Source of the DNA: Laetmonice hystrix | Taxonomy: Eukaryota | Direction: 5' to 3' | NCBI GenBank assembly: GCA_965235115.1 | Contig: OZ249446.1 | Location: 6,882,001-6,946,000 of the forward strand | Length of the DNA stretch: 64,000 nt | Part shown: positions 13,501 through 28,500 of the stretch, piece after piece | Position numbering within the stretch: position 1 is the stretch's first letter | How the letters are laid out: every line of letters begins with the position of its first letter | The notes under the pieces: model-generated | The model's database searches: none | What the model was told of the DNA's origin: nothing | Seen by the model: only the letters and a program-made list of their open reading frames with translations | Made by a program: the position numbers and the translations under genes

Positions 13501-16500
13501 CCATAACAGAAAGAACCAAATGTAAAGCTGCAGAGTATCTGACTGGAATCTACTGCCACTCATCTGCTACTGATAACAACGACCATGCAGTACAAGTGTT
13601 AAAAACTTGCCAGGCGAGGTGGTTGTCTGCACTTCTTGAGTTGATGGTGCTGCCGTTTCGCATGCCTGTGTGAGAACCCCATCAAGAATGCCTTCAAGTT
13701 CCTGGAAATTTGGCGACGTAAAGTAATTCTGACCTCTCATTTGAGGTGGCGACGAAATGGCTCTCAGTTCCTCCTCATCAATGGAATCAGTAATGCCTAT
13801 GGCAACGACATTAGCTCCGTCCCTTTGAAGGTCACGTGCAACTGGAACAGTCCGGTCTCTGTCAAAAGTGGACCTACCATCGGTGATAACAATGGCAATA
13901 TTGGGGTAATTTGGACGGTCTCCATTGTTGACATTAAAAAGCTCACTGCGTGCAATGTAGAGACCACCCGACGTGTTGGTATTGGCCCCTGGATAACCAA
14001 TGCCCAAAAAGGCTTGGCTCAAGCTGACAGCATCCCTATAAGTGTCCAGGCCAAAGACAAGTCGCCCAGTGTCGCTGAAGACTACAGCACCAACTCGATT
14101 GGCATCATCTGACACAGACAATCTCCGTCCCACATTGGATAGAAATGTCAGCAGTAGGTCCCAGTTATCAAAAGAGCCATCTTCAGGATTGGCATCACGT
14201 ATGCTTCCTGACCCGTCAATGATGAAGCCAAAATCAGCGCCCGCCTGGCACACTGCGAAGGACGACACTTTCAGGCAAATTTTCATGTGACATGGAATAG
14301 AGGGCATGCAAATCTCTACTGAATTCACAGAAAACAAAATAGCTACGTCTTCATTTGCCAATTTAGTAGACAAATCCCAATCAATCTACCATCCAATTGT
14401 GCCTCTCAATTAATCTTGACAAATCACTAACTTCTAATTCCTACTCAATTCCTTTGTACCTCACAGTTACTCAGATGCAGTCTTCAATAAAGCGTTCTAC
14501 TCAGAATGTAACTTGCCATAACAGAAAGAACCAAATGTAAAGTTGCAGAGTATCTGACTGGAATCTACTGCCACTCATCTGCTACTGATAACAACGACCA
14601 TGCAGTACAAGTGTTAAAAACTTGCCAGGCGAGGTGGTTGTCTGCACTTCTTGAGTTGATGGTGCTGCCGTTTCGCATGCCTGTGTGAGAACCCCATCAA
14701 GAATGCCTTCAAGTTCCTGGAAATTTGGCGACGTAAAGTAATTCTGACCTCTCATTTGAGGTGGCGACGAAATGGCTCTCAGTTCCTCCTCATCAATGGA
14801 ATCAGTAATGCCTATGGCAACGACATTAGCTCCGTCCCTTTGAAGGTCACGTGCAACTGGAACAGTCCGGTCTCTGTCAAAAGTGGACCTACCATCGGTG
14901 ATAACAATGGCAATATTGGGGTAATTTGGACGGTCTCCATTGTTGACATTAAAAAGCTCACTGCGTGCAATGTAGAGACCACCCGACGTGTTGGTATTGG
15001 CCCCTGGATAACCAATGCCCAAAAAGGCTTGGCTCAAGCTGACAGCATCCCTATAAGTGTCCAGGCCAAAGACAAGTCGCCCAGTGTCGCTGAATACTAC
15101 AGCACCAACTCGATTGGCATCATCTGACACAGACAACCTCCGTCCCACATTGGATAGAAATGTCAGCAGTAGGTCCCAGTTATCAAAAGAGCCATCTTCA
15201 GGATTGGCATCACGTATGCTTCCTGACCCGTCAATGATGAAGCCAAAATCAGCGCCCGCCTGGCACACTGCGAAGGACGACACTTTCAGGCAAATTTTCA
15301 TGTGACATGGAATAGAGGGCATGCAAATCTCTACTGAATTCACAGAAAACAAAATAGCTACGTCTTCATTTGCCAATTTGGTAGACAAATCCCAATCAAT
15401 CTACCATCCAATTGTGCCTCTCAATTAATCTTGACAAATCACTAACTTCTAATTCCTACTCAATTCCTTTGTACCTCACAGTTACTCAGATGCAGTCTTC
15501 AATAAAGCGTTCTACTCAGAATGTAACTTGCCATAACAGAAAGAACCAAATGTAAAGCTGCAGAGTATCTGACTGGAATCTAATGCCACTCATCTGCTAC
15601 TGATAACAACGACCATGCAGTACAAGTGTTAAAAACTTGCCAGGCGAGGTGGTTGTCTGCACTTCTTGAGTTGATGGTGCTGCCGTTTCGCATGCCTGTG
15701 TGAGAACCCCATCAAGAATGCCTTCAAGTTCCTGGAAATTTGGCGACGTAAAGTAATTCTGACCTCTCATTTGAGGTGGCGACGAAACGGCTCTCAGTTC
15801 CTCCTCATCAATGGAATCAGTAATGCCTATGGCAACGACATTAGCTCCGTCCCTTTGAAGGTCACGTGCAACTGGAACGGTCCGGTCTCTGTCAAAAGTG
15901 GACCTACCATCGGTGATAACAATGGCAATATTGGGGTAATTTGGACGGTCTCCATTGTTGACATTAAAAAGCTCACTGCGTGCAATGTAGAGACCACCCG
16001 ACGTGTTGGTATTGGCCCCTGGATAACCAATGCCCAAAAAGGCTTGGCTCAAGCTGACAGCATCCCTATAAGTGTCCAGGCCAAAGACAAGTCGCCCAGT
16101 GTCGCTGAATACTACAGCACCAACTCGATTGGCATCATCTGACACAGACAACCTCCGTCCCACATTGGATAGAAATGTCAGCAGTAGGTCCCAGTTATCA
16201 AAAGAGCCATCTTCAGGATTGGCATCACGTATGCTTCCTGACCCGTCAATGATGAAGCCAAAATCAGCGCCCGCCTGGCACACTGCGAAGGACGACACTT
16301 TCAGGCAAATTTTCATGTGACATGGAATAGAGGGCATGCAAATCTCTACTGAATTCACAGAAAACAAAATAGCTACGTCTTCATTTGCCAATTTAGTAGA
16401 CAAATCCCAATCAATCTACCATCCAATTGTGCCTCTCAATTAATCTTGACAAATCACTAACTTCTAATTCCTACTCAATTCCTTTGTACCTCACAGTTAC

Positions 16501-19500
16501 TCAGATGCAGTCTTCAATAAAGCGTTCTACTCAGAATGTAACTTGCCATAACAGAAAGAACCAAATGTAAAGCTGCAGAGTATCTGACTGGAATCTACTG
16601 CCACTCATCTGCTACTGATAACAACGACCATGCAGTACAAGTGTTAAAAACTTGCCAGGCGAGGTGGTTGTCTGCACTTCTTGAGTTGATGGTGCTGCCG
16701 TTTCGCATGCCTGTGTGAGAACCCCATCAAGAATGCCTTCAAGTTCCTGGAAATTTGGCGACGTAAAGTAATTCTGACCTCTCATTTGAGGTGGCGACGA
16801 AATGGCTCTCAGTTCCTCCTCATCAATGGAATCAGTAATGCCTATGGCAACGACATTAGCTCCGTCCCTTTGAAGGTCACGTGCAACTGGAACAGTCCGG
16901 TCTCTGTCAAAAGTGGACCTACCATCGGTGATAACAATGGCAATATTGGGGTAATTTGGACGGTCTCCATTGTTGACATTAAAAAGCTCACTGCGTGCAA
17001 TGTAGAGACCACCCGACGTGTTGGTATTGGCCCCTGGATAACCAATGCCCAAAAAGGCTTGGCTCAAGCTGACAGCATCCCTATAAGTGTCCAGGCCAAA
17101 GACAAGTCGCCCAGTGTCGCTGAAGACTACAGCACCAACTCGATTGGCATCATCTGACACAGACAATCTCCGTCCCACATTGGATAGAAATGTCAGCAGT
17201 AGGTCCCAGTTATCAAAAGAGCCATCTTCAGGATTGGCATCACGTATGCTTCCTGACCCGTCAATGATGAAGCCAAAATCAGCGCCCGCCTGGCACACTG
17301 CGAAGGACGACACTTTCAGGCAAATTTTCATGTGACATGGAATAGAGGGCATGCAAATCTCTACTGAATTCACAGAAAACAAAATAGCTACGTCTTCATT
17401 TGCCAATTTAGTAGACAAATCCCAATCAATCTACCATCCAATTGTGCCTCTCAATTAATCTTGACAAATCACTAACTTCTAATTCCTACTCAATTCCTTT
17501 GTACCTCACAGTTACTCAGATGCAGTCTTCAATAAAGCGTTCTACTCAGAATGTAACTTGCCATAACAGAAAGAACCAAATGTAAAGCTGCAGAGTATCT
17601 GACTGGAATCTAATGCCACTCATCTGCTACTGATAACAACGACCATGCAGTACAAGTGTTAAAAACTTGCCAGGCGAGGTGGTTGTCTGCACTTCTTGAG
17701 TTGATGGTGCTGCCGTTTCGCATGCCTGTGTGAGAACCCCATCAAGAATGCCTTCAAGTTCCTGGAAATTTGGCGACGTAAAGTAATTCTGACCTCTCAT
17801 TTGAGGTGGCGACGAAATGGCTCTCAGTTCCTCCTCATCAATGGAATCAGTAATGCCTATGGCAACGACATTAGCTCCGTCCCTTTGAAGGTCACGTGCA
17901 ACTGGAACAGTCCGGTCTCTGTCAAAAGTGGACCTACCATCGGTGATAACAATGGCAATATTGGGGTAATTTGGACGGTCTCCATTGTTGACATTAAAAA
18001 GCTCACTGCGTGCAATGTAGAGACCACCCGACGTGTTGGTATTGGCCCCTGGATAACCAATGCCCAAAAAGGCTTGGCTCAAGCTGACAGCATCCCTATA
18101 AGTGTCCAGGCCAAAGACAAGTCGCCCAGTGTCGCTGAATACTACAGCACCAACTCGATTGGCATCATCTGACACAGACAACCTCCGTCCCACATTGGAT
18201 AGAAATGTCAGCAGTAGGTCCCAGTTATCAAAAGAGCCATCTTCAGGATTGGCATCACGTATGCTTCCTGACCCGTCAATGATGAAGCCAAAATCAGCGC
18301 CCGCCTGGCACACTGCGAAGGACGACACTTTCAGGCAAATTTTCATGTGACATGGAATAGAGGGCATGCAAATCTCTACTGAATTCACAGAAAACAAAAT
18401 AGCTACGTCTTCATTTGCCAATTTAGTAGACAAATCCCAATCAATCTACCATCAAATTGTGCCTCTCAATTAATCTTGACAAATCACTAACTTCTAATTC
18501 CTACTCAATTCCTTTGTACCTCACAGTTACTCAGATGCAGTCTTTAATAAAGCGTTCTACTCAGAATGTAACTTGCTATAACAGAAAGAACCAAATGTAA
18601 AGTTGCAGAGTATCTGACTGGAATCTACTGCCACTCATCTGCTACTGATAACAACGACCATGCAGTACAAGTGTTAAAAACTTGCCAGGCGAGGTGGTTG
18701 TCTGCACTTCTTGAGTTGATGGTGCTGCCGTTTCGCATGCCTGTGTGAGAACCCCATCAAGAATGCCTTCAAGTTCCTGGAAATTTGGCGACGTAAAGTA
18801 ATTCTGACCTCTCATTTGAGGTGGCGACGAAATGGCTCTCAGTTCCTCCTCATCAATGGAATCAGTAATGCCTATGGCAACGACATTAGCTCCGTCCCTT
18901 TGAAGGTCACGTGCAACTGGAACAGTCCGGTCTCTGTCAAAAGTGGACCTACCATCGGTGATAACAATGGCAATATTGGGGTAATTTGGACGGTCTCCAT
19001 TGTTGACATTAAAAAGCTCACTGCGTGCAATGTAGAGACCACCCGACGTGTTGGTATTGGCCCCTGGATAACCAATGCCCAAAAAGGCTTGGCTCAAGCT
19101 GACAGCATCCCTATAAGTGTCCAGGCCAAAGACAAGTCGCCCAGTGTCGCTGAAGACTACAGCACCAACTCGATTGGCATCATTTGACACAGACAACCTC
19201 CGTCCCACATTGGATAGAAATGTCAGCAGTAGGTCCCAGTTATCAAAAGAGCCATCTTCAGGATTGGCATCACGTATGCTTCCTGACCCGTCAATGATGA
19301 AGCCAAAATCAGCGCCCGCCTGGCACACTGCGAAGGACGACACTTTCAGGCAAATTTTCATGTGACATGGAATAGAGGGCATGCAAATCTCTACTGAATT
19401 CACAGAAAACAAAATAGCTACGTCTTCATTTGCCAATTTGGTAGACAAATCCCAATCAATCTACCATCCAATTGTGCCTCTCAATTAATCTTGACAAATC

Positions 19501-22500
19501 ACTAACTTCTAATTCCTACTCAATTCCTTTGTACCTCACAGTTACTCAGATGCAGTCTTCAATAAAGCGTTCTACTCAGAATGTAACTTGCCATAACAGA
19601 AAGAACCAAATGTAAAGCTGCAGAGTATCTGACTGGAATCTACTGCCACTCATCTGCTACTGATAACAACGACCATGCAGTACAAGTGTTAAAAACTTGC
19701 CAGGCGAGGTGGTTGTCTGCACTTCTTGAGTTGATGGTGCTGCCGTTTCGCATGCCTGTGTGAGAACCCCATCAAGAATGCCTTCAAGTTCCTGGAAATT
19801 TGGCGACGTAAAGTAATTCTGACCTCTCATTTGAGGTGGCGACGAAATGGCTCTCAGTTCCTCCTCATCAATGGAATCAGTAATGCCTATGGCAACGACA
19901 TTAGCTCCGTCCCTTTGAAGGTCACGTGCAACTGGAACGGTCCGGTCTCTGTCAAAAGTGGACCTACCATCGGTGATAACAATGGCAATATTGGGGTAAT
20001 TTGGACGGTCTCCATTGTTGACATTAAAAAGCTCACTGCGTGCAATGTAGAGACCACCCGACGTGTTGGTATTGGCCCCTGGATAACCAATGCCCAAAAA
20101 GGCTTGGCTCAAGCTGACAGCATCCCTATAAGTGTCCAGGCCAAAGACAAGTCGCCCAGTGTCGCTGAATACTACAGCACCAACTCGATTGGCATCATCT
20201 GACACAGACAACCTCCGTCCCACATTGGATAGAAATGTCAGCAGTAGGTCCCAGTTATCAAAAGAGCCATCTTCAGGATTGGCATCACGTATGCTTCCTG
20301 ACCCGTCAATGATGAAGCCAAAATCAGCGCCCGCCTGGCACACTGCGAAGGACGACACTTTCAGGCAAATTTTCATGTGACATGGAATAGAGGGCATGCA
20401 AATCTCTACTGAATTCACAGAAAACAAAATAGCTACGTCTTCATTTGCCAATTTAGTAGACAAATCCCAATCAATCTACCATCCAATTGTGCCTCTCAAT
20501 TAATCTTGACAAATCACTAACTTCTAATTCCTACTCAATTCCTTTGTACCTCACAGTTACTCAGATGCAGTCTTCAATAAAGCGTTCTACTCAGAATGTA
20601 ACGTGCCATAACAGAAAGAACCAAATGTAAAGCTGCAGAGTATCTGACTGGAATCTAATGCCACTCATCTGCTACTGATAACAACGACCATGCAGTACAA
20701 GTGTTAAAAACTTGCCAGGCGAGGTGGTTGTCTGCACTTCTTGAGTTGATGGTGCTGCCGTTTCGCATGCCTGTGTGAGAACCCCATCAAGAATGCCTTC
20801 AAGTTCCTGGAAATTTGGCGACGTAAAGTAATTCTGACCTCTCATTTGAGGTGGCGACGAAATGGCTCTCAGTTCCTCCTCATCAATGGAATCAGTAATG
20901 CCTATGGCAACGACATTAGCTCCGTCCCTTTGAAGGTCACGTGCAACTGGAACAGTCCGGTCTCTGTCAAAAGTGGACCTACCATCGGTGATAACAATGG
21001 CAATATTGGGGTAATTTGGACGGTCTCCATTGTTGACATTAAAAAGCTCACTGCGTGCAATGTAGAGACCACCCGACGTGTTGGTATTGGCCCCTGGATA
21101 ACCAATGCCCAAAAAGGCTTGGCTCAAGCTGACAGCATCCCTATAAGTGTCCAGGCCAAAGACAAGTCGCCCAGTGTCGCTGAATACTACAGCACCAACT
21201 CGATTGGCATCATCTGACACAGACAACCTCCGTCCCACATTGGATAGAAATGTCAGCAGTAGGTCCCAGTTATCAAAAGAGCCATCTTCAGGATTGGCAT
21301 CACGTATGCTTCCTGACCCGTCAATGATGAAGCCAAAATCAGCGCCCGCCTGGCACACTGCGAAGGACGACACTTTCAGGCAAATTTTCATGTGACATGG
21401 AATAGAGGGCATGCAAATCTCTACTGAATTCACAGAAAACAAAATAGCTACGTCTTCATTTGCCAATTTAGTAGACAAATCCCAATCAATCTACCATCCA
21501 ATTGTGCCTCTCAATTAATCTTGACAAATCACTAACTTCTAATTCCTACTCAATTCCTTTGTACCTCACAGTTACTCAGATGCAGTCTTCAATAAAGCGT
21601 TCTACTCAGAATGTAACTTGCCATAACAGAAAGAACCAAATGTAAAGCTGCAGAGTATCTGACTGGAATCTACTGCCACTCATCTGCTACTGATAACAAC
21701 GACCATGCAGTACAAGTGTTAAAAACTTGCCAGGCGAGGTGGTTGTCTGCACTTCTTGAGTTGATGGTGCTGCCGTTTCGCATGCCTGTGTGAGAACCCC
21801 ATCAAGAATGCCTTCAAGTTCCTGGAAATTTGGCGACGTAAAGTAATTCTGACCTCTCATTTGAGGTGGCGACGAAATGGCTCTCAGTTCCTCCTCATCA
21901 ATGGAATCAGTAATGCCTATGGCAACGACATTAGCTCCGTCCCTTTGAAGGTCACGTGCAACTGGAACGGTCCGGTCTCTGTCAAAAGTGGACCTACCAT
22001 CGGTGATAACAATGGCAATATTGGGGTAATTTGGACGGTCTCCATTGTTGACATTAAAAAGCTCACTGCGTGCAATGTAGAGACCACCCGACGTGTTGGT
22101 ATTGGCCCCTGGATAACCAATGCCCAAAAAGGCTTGGCTCAAGCTGACAGCATCCCTATAAGTGTCCAGGCCAAAGACAAGTCGCCCAGTGTCGCTGAAG
22201 ACTACAGCACCAACTCGATTGGCATCATCTGACACAGACAATCTCCGTCCCACATTGGATAGAAATGTCAGCAGTAGGTCCCAGTTATCAAAAGAGCCAT
22301 CTTCAGGATTGGCATCACGTATGCTTCCTGACCCGTCAATGATGAAGCCAAAATCAGCGCCCGCCTGGCACACTGCGAAGGACGACACTTTCAGGCAAAT
22401 TTTCATGTGACATGGAATAGAGGGCATGCAAATCTCTACTGAATTCACAGAAAACAAAATAGCTACGTCTTCATTTGCCAATTTAGTAGACAAATCTCAA

Positions 22501-25500
22501 TCAATCTACCATCCAATTGTGCCTCTCAATTAATCTTGACAAATCACTAACTTCTAATTCCTACTCAATTCCTTTGTACCTCACAGTTACTCAGATGCAG
22601 TCTTCAATAAAGCGTTCTACTCAGAATGTAACTTGCCATAACAGAAAGAACCAAATGTAAAGCTGCAGAGTATCTGACTGGAATCTAATGCCACTCATCT
22701 GCTACTGATAACAACGACCATGCAGTACAAGTGTTAAAAACTTGCCAGGCGAGGTGGTTGTCTGCACTTCTTGAGTTGATGGTGCTGCCGTTTCGCATGC
22801 CTGTGTGAGAACCCCATCAAGAATGCCTTCAAGTTCCTGGAAATTTGGCGACGTAAAGTAATTCTGACCTCTCATTTGAGGTGACGACGAAATGGCTCTC
22901 AGTTCCTCCTCATCAATGGAATCAGTAATGCCTATGGCAACGACATTAGCTCCGTCCCTTTGAAGGTCACGTGCAACTGGAACAGTCCGGTCTCTGTCAA
23001 AAGTGGACCTACCATCGGTGATAACAATGGCAATATTGGGGTAATTTGGACGGTCTCCATTCTTGACATTAAAAAGCTCACTGCGTGCAATGTAGAGACC
23101 ACCCGACGTGTTGGTATTGGCCCCTGGATAACCAATGCCCAAAAAGGCTTGGCTCAAGCTGACAGCATCCCTATAAGTGTCCAGGCCAAAGACAAGTCGC
23201 CCAGTGTCGCTGAATACTACAGCACCAACTCGATTGGCATCATCTGACACAGACAACCTCCGTCCCACATTGGATAGAAATGTCAGCAGTAGGTCCCAGT
23301 TATCAAAAGAGCCATCTTCAGGATTGGCATCACGTATGCTTCCTGACCCGTCAATGATGAAGCCAAAATCAGCGCCCGCCTGGCACACTGCGAAGGACGA
23401 CACTTTCAGGCAAATTTTCATGTGACATGGAATAGAGGGCATGCAAATCTCTACTGAATTCACAGAAAACAAAATAGCTACGTCTTCATTTGCCAATTTA
23501 GTAGACAAATCCCAATCAATCTACCATCAAATTGTGCCTCTCAATTAATCTTGACAAATCACTAACTTCTAATTCCTACTCAATTCCTTTGTACCTCACA
23601 GTTACTCAGATGCAGTCTTTAATAAAGCGTTCTACTCAGAATGTAACTTGCCATAACAGAAAGAACCAAATGTAAAGTTGCAGAGTATCTGACTGGAATC
23701 TACTGCCACTCATCTGCTACTGATAACAACGACCATGCAGTACAAGTGTTAAAAACTTGCCAGGCGAGGTGGTTGTCTGCACTTCTTGAGTTGATGGTGC
23801 TGCCGTTTCGCATGCCTGTGTGAGAACCCCATCAAGAATGCCTTCAAGTTCCTGGAAATTTGGCGACGTAAAGTAATTCTGACCTCTCATTTGAGGTGGC
23901 GACGAAATGGCTCTCAGTTCCTCCTCATCAATGGAATCAGTAATGCCTATGGCAACGACATTAGCTCCGTCCCTTTGAAGGTCACGTGCAACTGGAACAG
24001 TCCGGTCTCTGTCAAAAGTGGACCTACCATCGGTGATAACAATGGCAATATTGGGGTAATTTGGACGGTCTCCATTGTTGACATTAAAAAGCTCACTGCG
24101 TGCAATGTAGAGACCACCCGACGTGTTGGTATTGGCCCCTGGATAACCAATGCCCAAAAAGGCTTGGCTCAAGCTGACAGCATCCCTATAAGTGTCCAGG
24201 CCAAAGACAAGTCGCCCAGTGTCGCTGAAGACTACAGCACCAACTCGATTGGCATCATCTGACACAGACAACCTCCGTCCCACATTGGATAGAAATGTCA
24301 GCAGTAGGTCCCAGTTATCAAAAGAGCCATCTTCAGGATTGGCATCACGTATGCTTCCTGACCCGTCAATGATGAAGCCAAAATCAGCGCCCGCCTGGCA
24401 CACTGCGAAGGACGACACTTTCAGGCAAATTTTCATGTGACATGGAATAGAGGGCATGCAAATCTCTACTGAATTCACAGAAAACAAAATAGCTACGTCT
24501 TCATTTGCCAATTTGGTAGACAAATCCCAATCAATCTACCATCCAATTGTGCCTCTCAATTAATCTTGACAAATCACTAACTTCTAATTCCTACTCAATT
24601 CCTTTGTACCTCACAGTTACTCAGATGCAGTCTTCAATAAAGCGTTCTACTCAGAATGTAACTTGCCATAACAGAAAGAACCAAATGTAAAGCTGCAGAG
24701 TATCTGACTGGAATCTACTGCCACTCATCTGCTACTGATAACAACGACCATGCAGTACAAGTGTTAAAAACTTGCCAGGCGAGGTGGTTGTCTGCACTTC
24801 TTGAGTTGATGGTGCTGCCGTTTCGCATGCCTGTGTGAGAACCCCATCAAGAATGCCTTCAAGTTCCTGGAAATTTGGCGACGTAAAGTAATTCTGACCT
24901 CTCATTTGAGGTGGCGACGAAATGGCTCTCAGTTCCTCCTCATCAATGGAATCAGTAATGCCTATGGCAACGACATTAGCTCCGTCCCTTTGAAGGTCAC
25001 GTGCAACTGGAACGGTCCGGTCTCTGTCAAAAGTGGACCTACCATCGGTGATAACAATGGCAATATTGGGGTAATTTGGACGGTCTCCATTGTTGACATT
25101 AAAAAGCTCACTGCGTGCAATGTAGAGACCACCCGACGTGTTGGTATTGGCCCCTGGATAACCAATGCCCAAAAAGGCTTGGCTCAAGCTGACAGCATCC
25201 CTATAAGTGTCCAGGCCAAAGACAAGTCGCCCAGTGTCGCTGAATACTACAGCACCAACTCGATTGGCATCATCTGACACAGACAACCTCCGTCCCACAT
25301 TGGATAGAAATGTCAGCAGTAGGTCCCAGTTATCAAAAGAGCCATCTTCAGGATTGGCATCACGTATGCTTCCTGACCCGTCAATGATGAAGCCAAAATC
25401 AGCGCCCGCCTGGCACACTGCGAAGGACGACACTTTCAGGCAAATTTTCATGTGACATGGAATAGAGGGCATGCAAATCTCTACTGAATTCACAGAAAAC

Positions 25501-28500
25501 AAAATAGCTACGTCTTCATTTGCCAATTTAGTAGACAAATCCCAATCAATCTACCATCCAATTGTGCCTCTCAATTAATCTTGACAAATCACTAACTTCT
25601 AATTCCTACTCAATTCCTTTGTACCTCACAGTTACTCAGATGCAGTCTTCAATAAAGCGTTCTACTCAGAATGTAACGTGCCATAACAGAAAGAACCAAA
25701 TGTAAAGCTGCAGAGTATCTGACTGGAATCTAATGCCACTCATCTGCTACTGATAACAACGACCATGCAGTACAAGTGTTAAAAACTTGCCAGGCGAGGT
25801 GGTTGTCTGCACTTCTTGAGTTGATGGTGCTGCCGTTTCGCATGCCTGTGTGAGAACCCCATCAAGAATGCCTTCAAGTTCCTGGAAATTTGGCGACGTA
25901 AAGTAATTCTGACCTCTCATTTGAGGTGGCGACGAAATGGCTCTCAGTTCCTCCTCATCAATGGAATCAGTAATGCCTATGGCAACGACATTAGCTCCGT
26001 CCCTTTGAAGGTCACGTGCAACTGGAACAGTCCGGTCTCTGTCAAAAGTGGACCTACCATCGGTGATAACAATGGCAATATTGGGGTAATTTGGACGGTC
26101 TCCATTGTTGACATTAAAAAGCTCACTGCGTGCAATGTAGAGACCACCCGACGTGTTGGTATTGGCCCCTGGATAACCAATGCCCAAAAAGGCTTGGCTC
26201 AAGCTGACAGCATCCCTATAAGTGTCCAGGCCAAAGACAAGTCGCCCAGTGTCGCTGAATACTACAGCACCAACTCGATTGGCATCATCTGACACAGACA
26301 ACCTCCGTCCCACATTGGATAGAAATGTCAGCAGTAGGTCCCAGTTATCAAAAGAGCCATCTTCAGGATTGGCATCACGTATGCTTCCTGACCCGTCAAT
26401 GATGAAGCCAAAATCAGCGCCCGCCTGGCACACTGCGAAGGACGACACTTTCAGGCAAATTTTCATGTGACATGGAATAGAGGGCATGCAAATCTCTACT
26501 GAATTCACAGAAAACAAAATAGCTACGTCTTCATTTGCCAATTTAGTAGACAAATCCCAATCAATCTACCATCCAATTGTGCCTCTCAATTAATCTTGAC
26601 AAATCACTAACTTCTAATTCCTACTCAATTCCTTTGTACCTCACAGTTACTCAGATGCAGTCTTCAATAAAGCGTTCTACTCAGAATGTAACTTGCCATA
26701 ACAGAAAGAACCAAATGTAAAGCTGCAGAGTATCTGACTGGAATCTACTGCCACTCATCTGCTACTGATAACAACGACCATGCAGTACAAGTGTTAAAAA
26801 CTTGCCAGGCGAGGTGGTTGTCTGCACTTCTTGAGTTGATGGTGCTGCCGTTTCGCATGCCTGTGTGAGAACCCCATCAAGAATGCCTTCAAGTTCCTGG
26901 AAATTTGGCGACGTAAAGTAATTCTGACCTCTCATTTGAGGTGGCGACGAAATGGCTCTCAGTTCCTCCTCATCAATGGAATCAGTAATGCCTATGGCAA
27001 CGACATTAGCTCCGTCCCTTTGAAGGTCACGTGCAACTGGAACGGTCCGGTCTCTGTCAAAAGTGGACCTACCATCGGTGATAACAATGGCAATATTGGG
27101 GTAATTTGGACGGTCTCCATTGTTGACATTAAAAAGCTCACTGCGTGCAATGTAGAGACCACCCGACGTGTTGGTATTGGCCCCTGGATAACCAATGCCC
27201 AAAAAGGCTTGGCTCAAGCTGACAGCATCCCTATAAGTGTCCAGGCCAAAGACAAGTCGCCCAGTGTCGCTGAATACTACAGCACCAACTCGATTGGCAT
27301 CATCTGACACAGACAACCTCCGTCCCACATTGGATAGAAATGTCAGCAGTAGGTCCCAGTTATCAAAAGAGCCATCTTCAGGATTGGCATCACGTATGCT
27401 TCCTGACCCGTCAATGATGAAGCCAAAATCAGCGCCCGCCAGGCACACTGCGAAGGACGACACTTTCAGGCAAATTTTCATGTGACATGGAATAGAGGGC
27501 ATGCAAATCTCTACTGAATTCACAGAAAACAAAATAGCTACGTCTTCATTTGCCAATTTAGTAGACAAATCCCAATCAATCTACCATCCAATTGTGCCTC
27601 TCAATTAATCTTGACAAATCACTAACTTCTAATTCCTACTCAATTCCTTTGTACCTCACAGTTACTCAGATGCAGTCTTCAATAAAGCGTTCTACTCAGA
27701 ATGTAACTTGCCATAACAGAAAGAACCAAATGTAAAGTTGCAGAGTATCTGACTGGAATCTACTGCCACTCATCTGCTACTGATAACAACGACCATGCAG
27801 TACAAGTGTTAAAAACTTGCCAGGCGAGGTGGTTGTCTGCACTTCTTGAGTTGATGGTGCTGCCGTTTCGCATGCCTGTGTGAGAACCCCATCAAGAATG
27901 CCTTCAAGTTCCTGGAAATTTGGCGACGTAAAGTAATTCTGACCTCTCATTTGAGGTGGCGACGAAATGGCTCTCAGTTCCTCCTCATCAATGGAATCAG
28001 TAATGCCTATGGCAACGACATTAGCTCCGTCCCTTTGAAGGTCACGTGCAACTGGAACAGTCCGGTCTCTGTCAAAAGTGGACCTACCATCGGTGATAAC
28101 AATGGCAATATTGGGGTAATTTGGACGGTCTCCATTGTTGACATTAAAAAGCTCACTGCGTGCAATGTAGAGACCACCCGACGTGTTGGTATTGGCCCCT
28201 GGATAACCAATGCCCAAAAAGGCTTGGCTCAAGCTGACAGCATCCCTATAAGTGTCCAGGCCAAAGACAAGTCGCCCAGTGTCGCTGAAGACTACAGCAC
28301 CAACTCGATTGGCATCATCTGACACAGACAATCTCCGTCCCACATTGGATAGAAATGTCAGCAGTAGGTCCCAGTTATCAAAAGAGCCATCTTCAGGATT
28401 GGCATCACGTATGCTTCCTGACCCGTCAATGATGAAGCCAAAATCAGCGCCCGCCTGGCACACTGCGAAGGACGACACTTTCAGGCAAATTTTCATGTGA

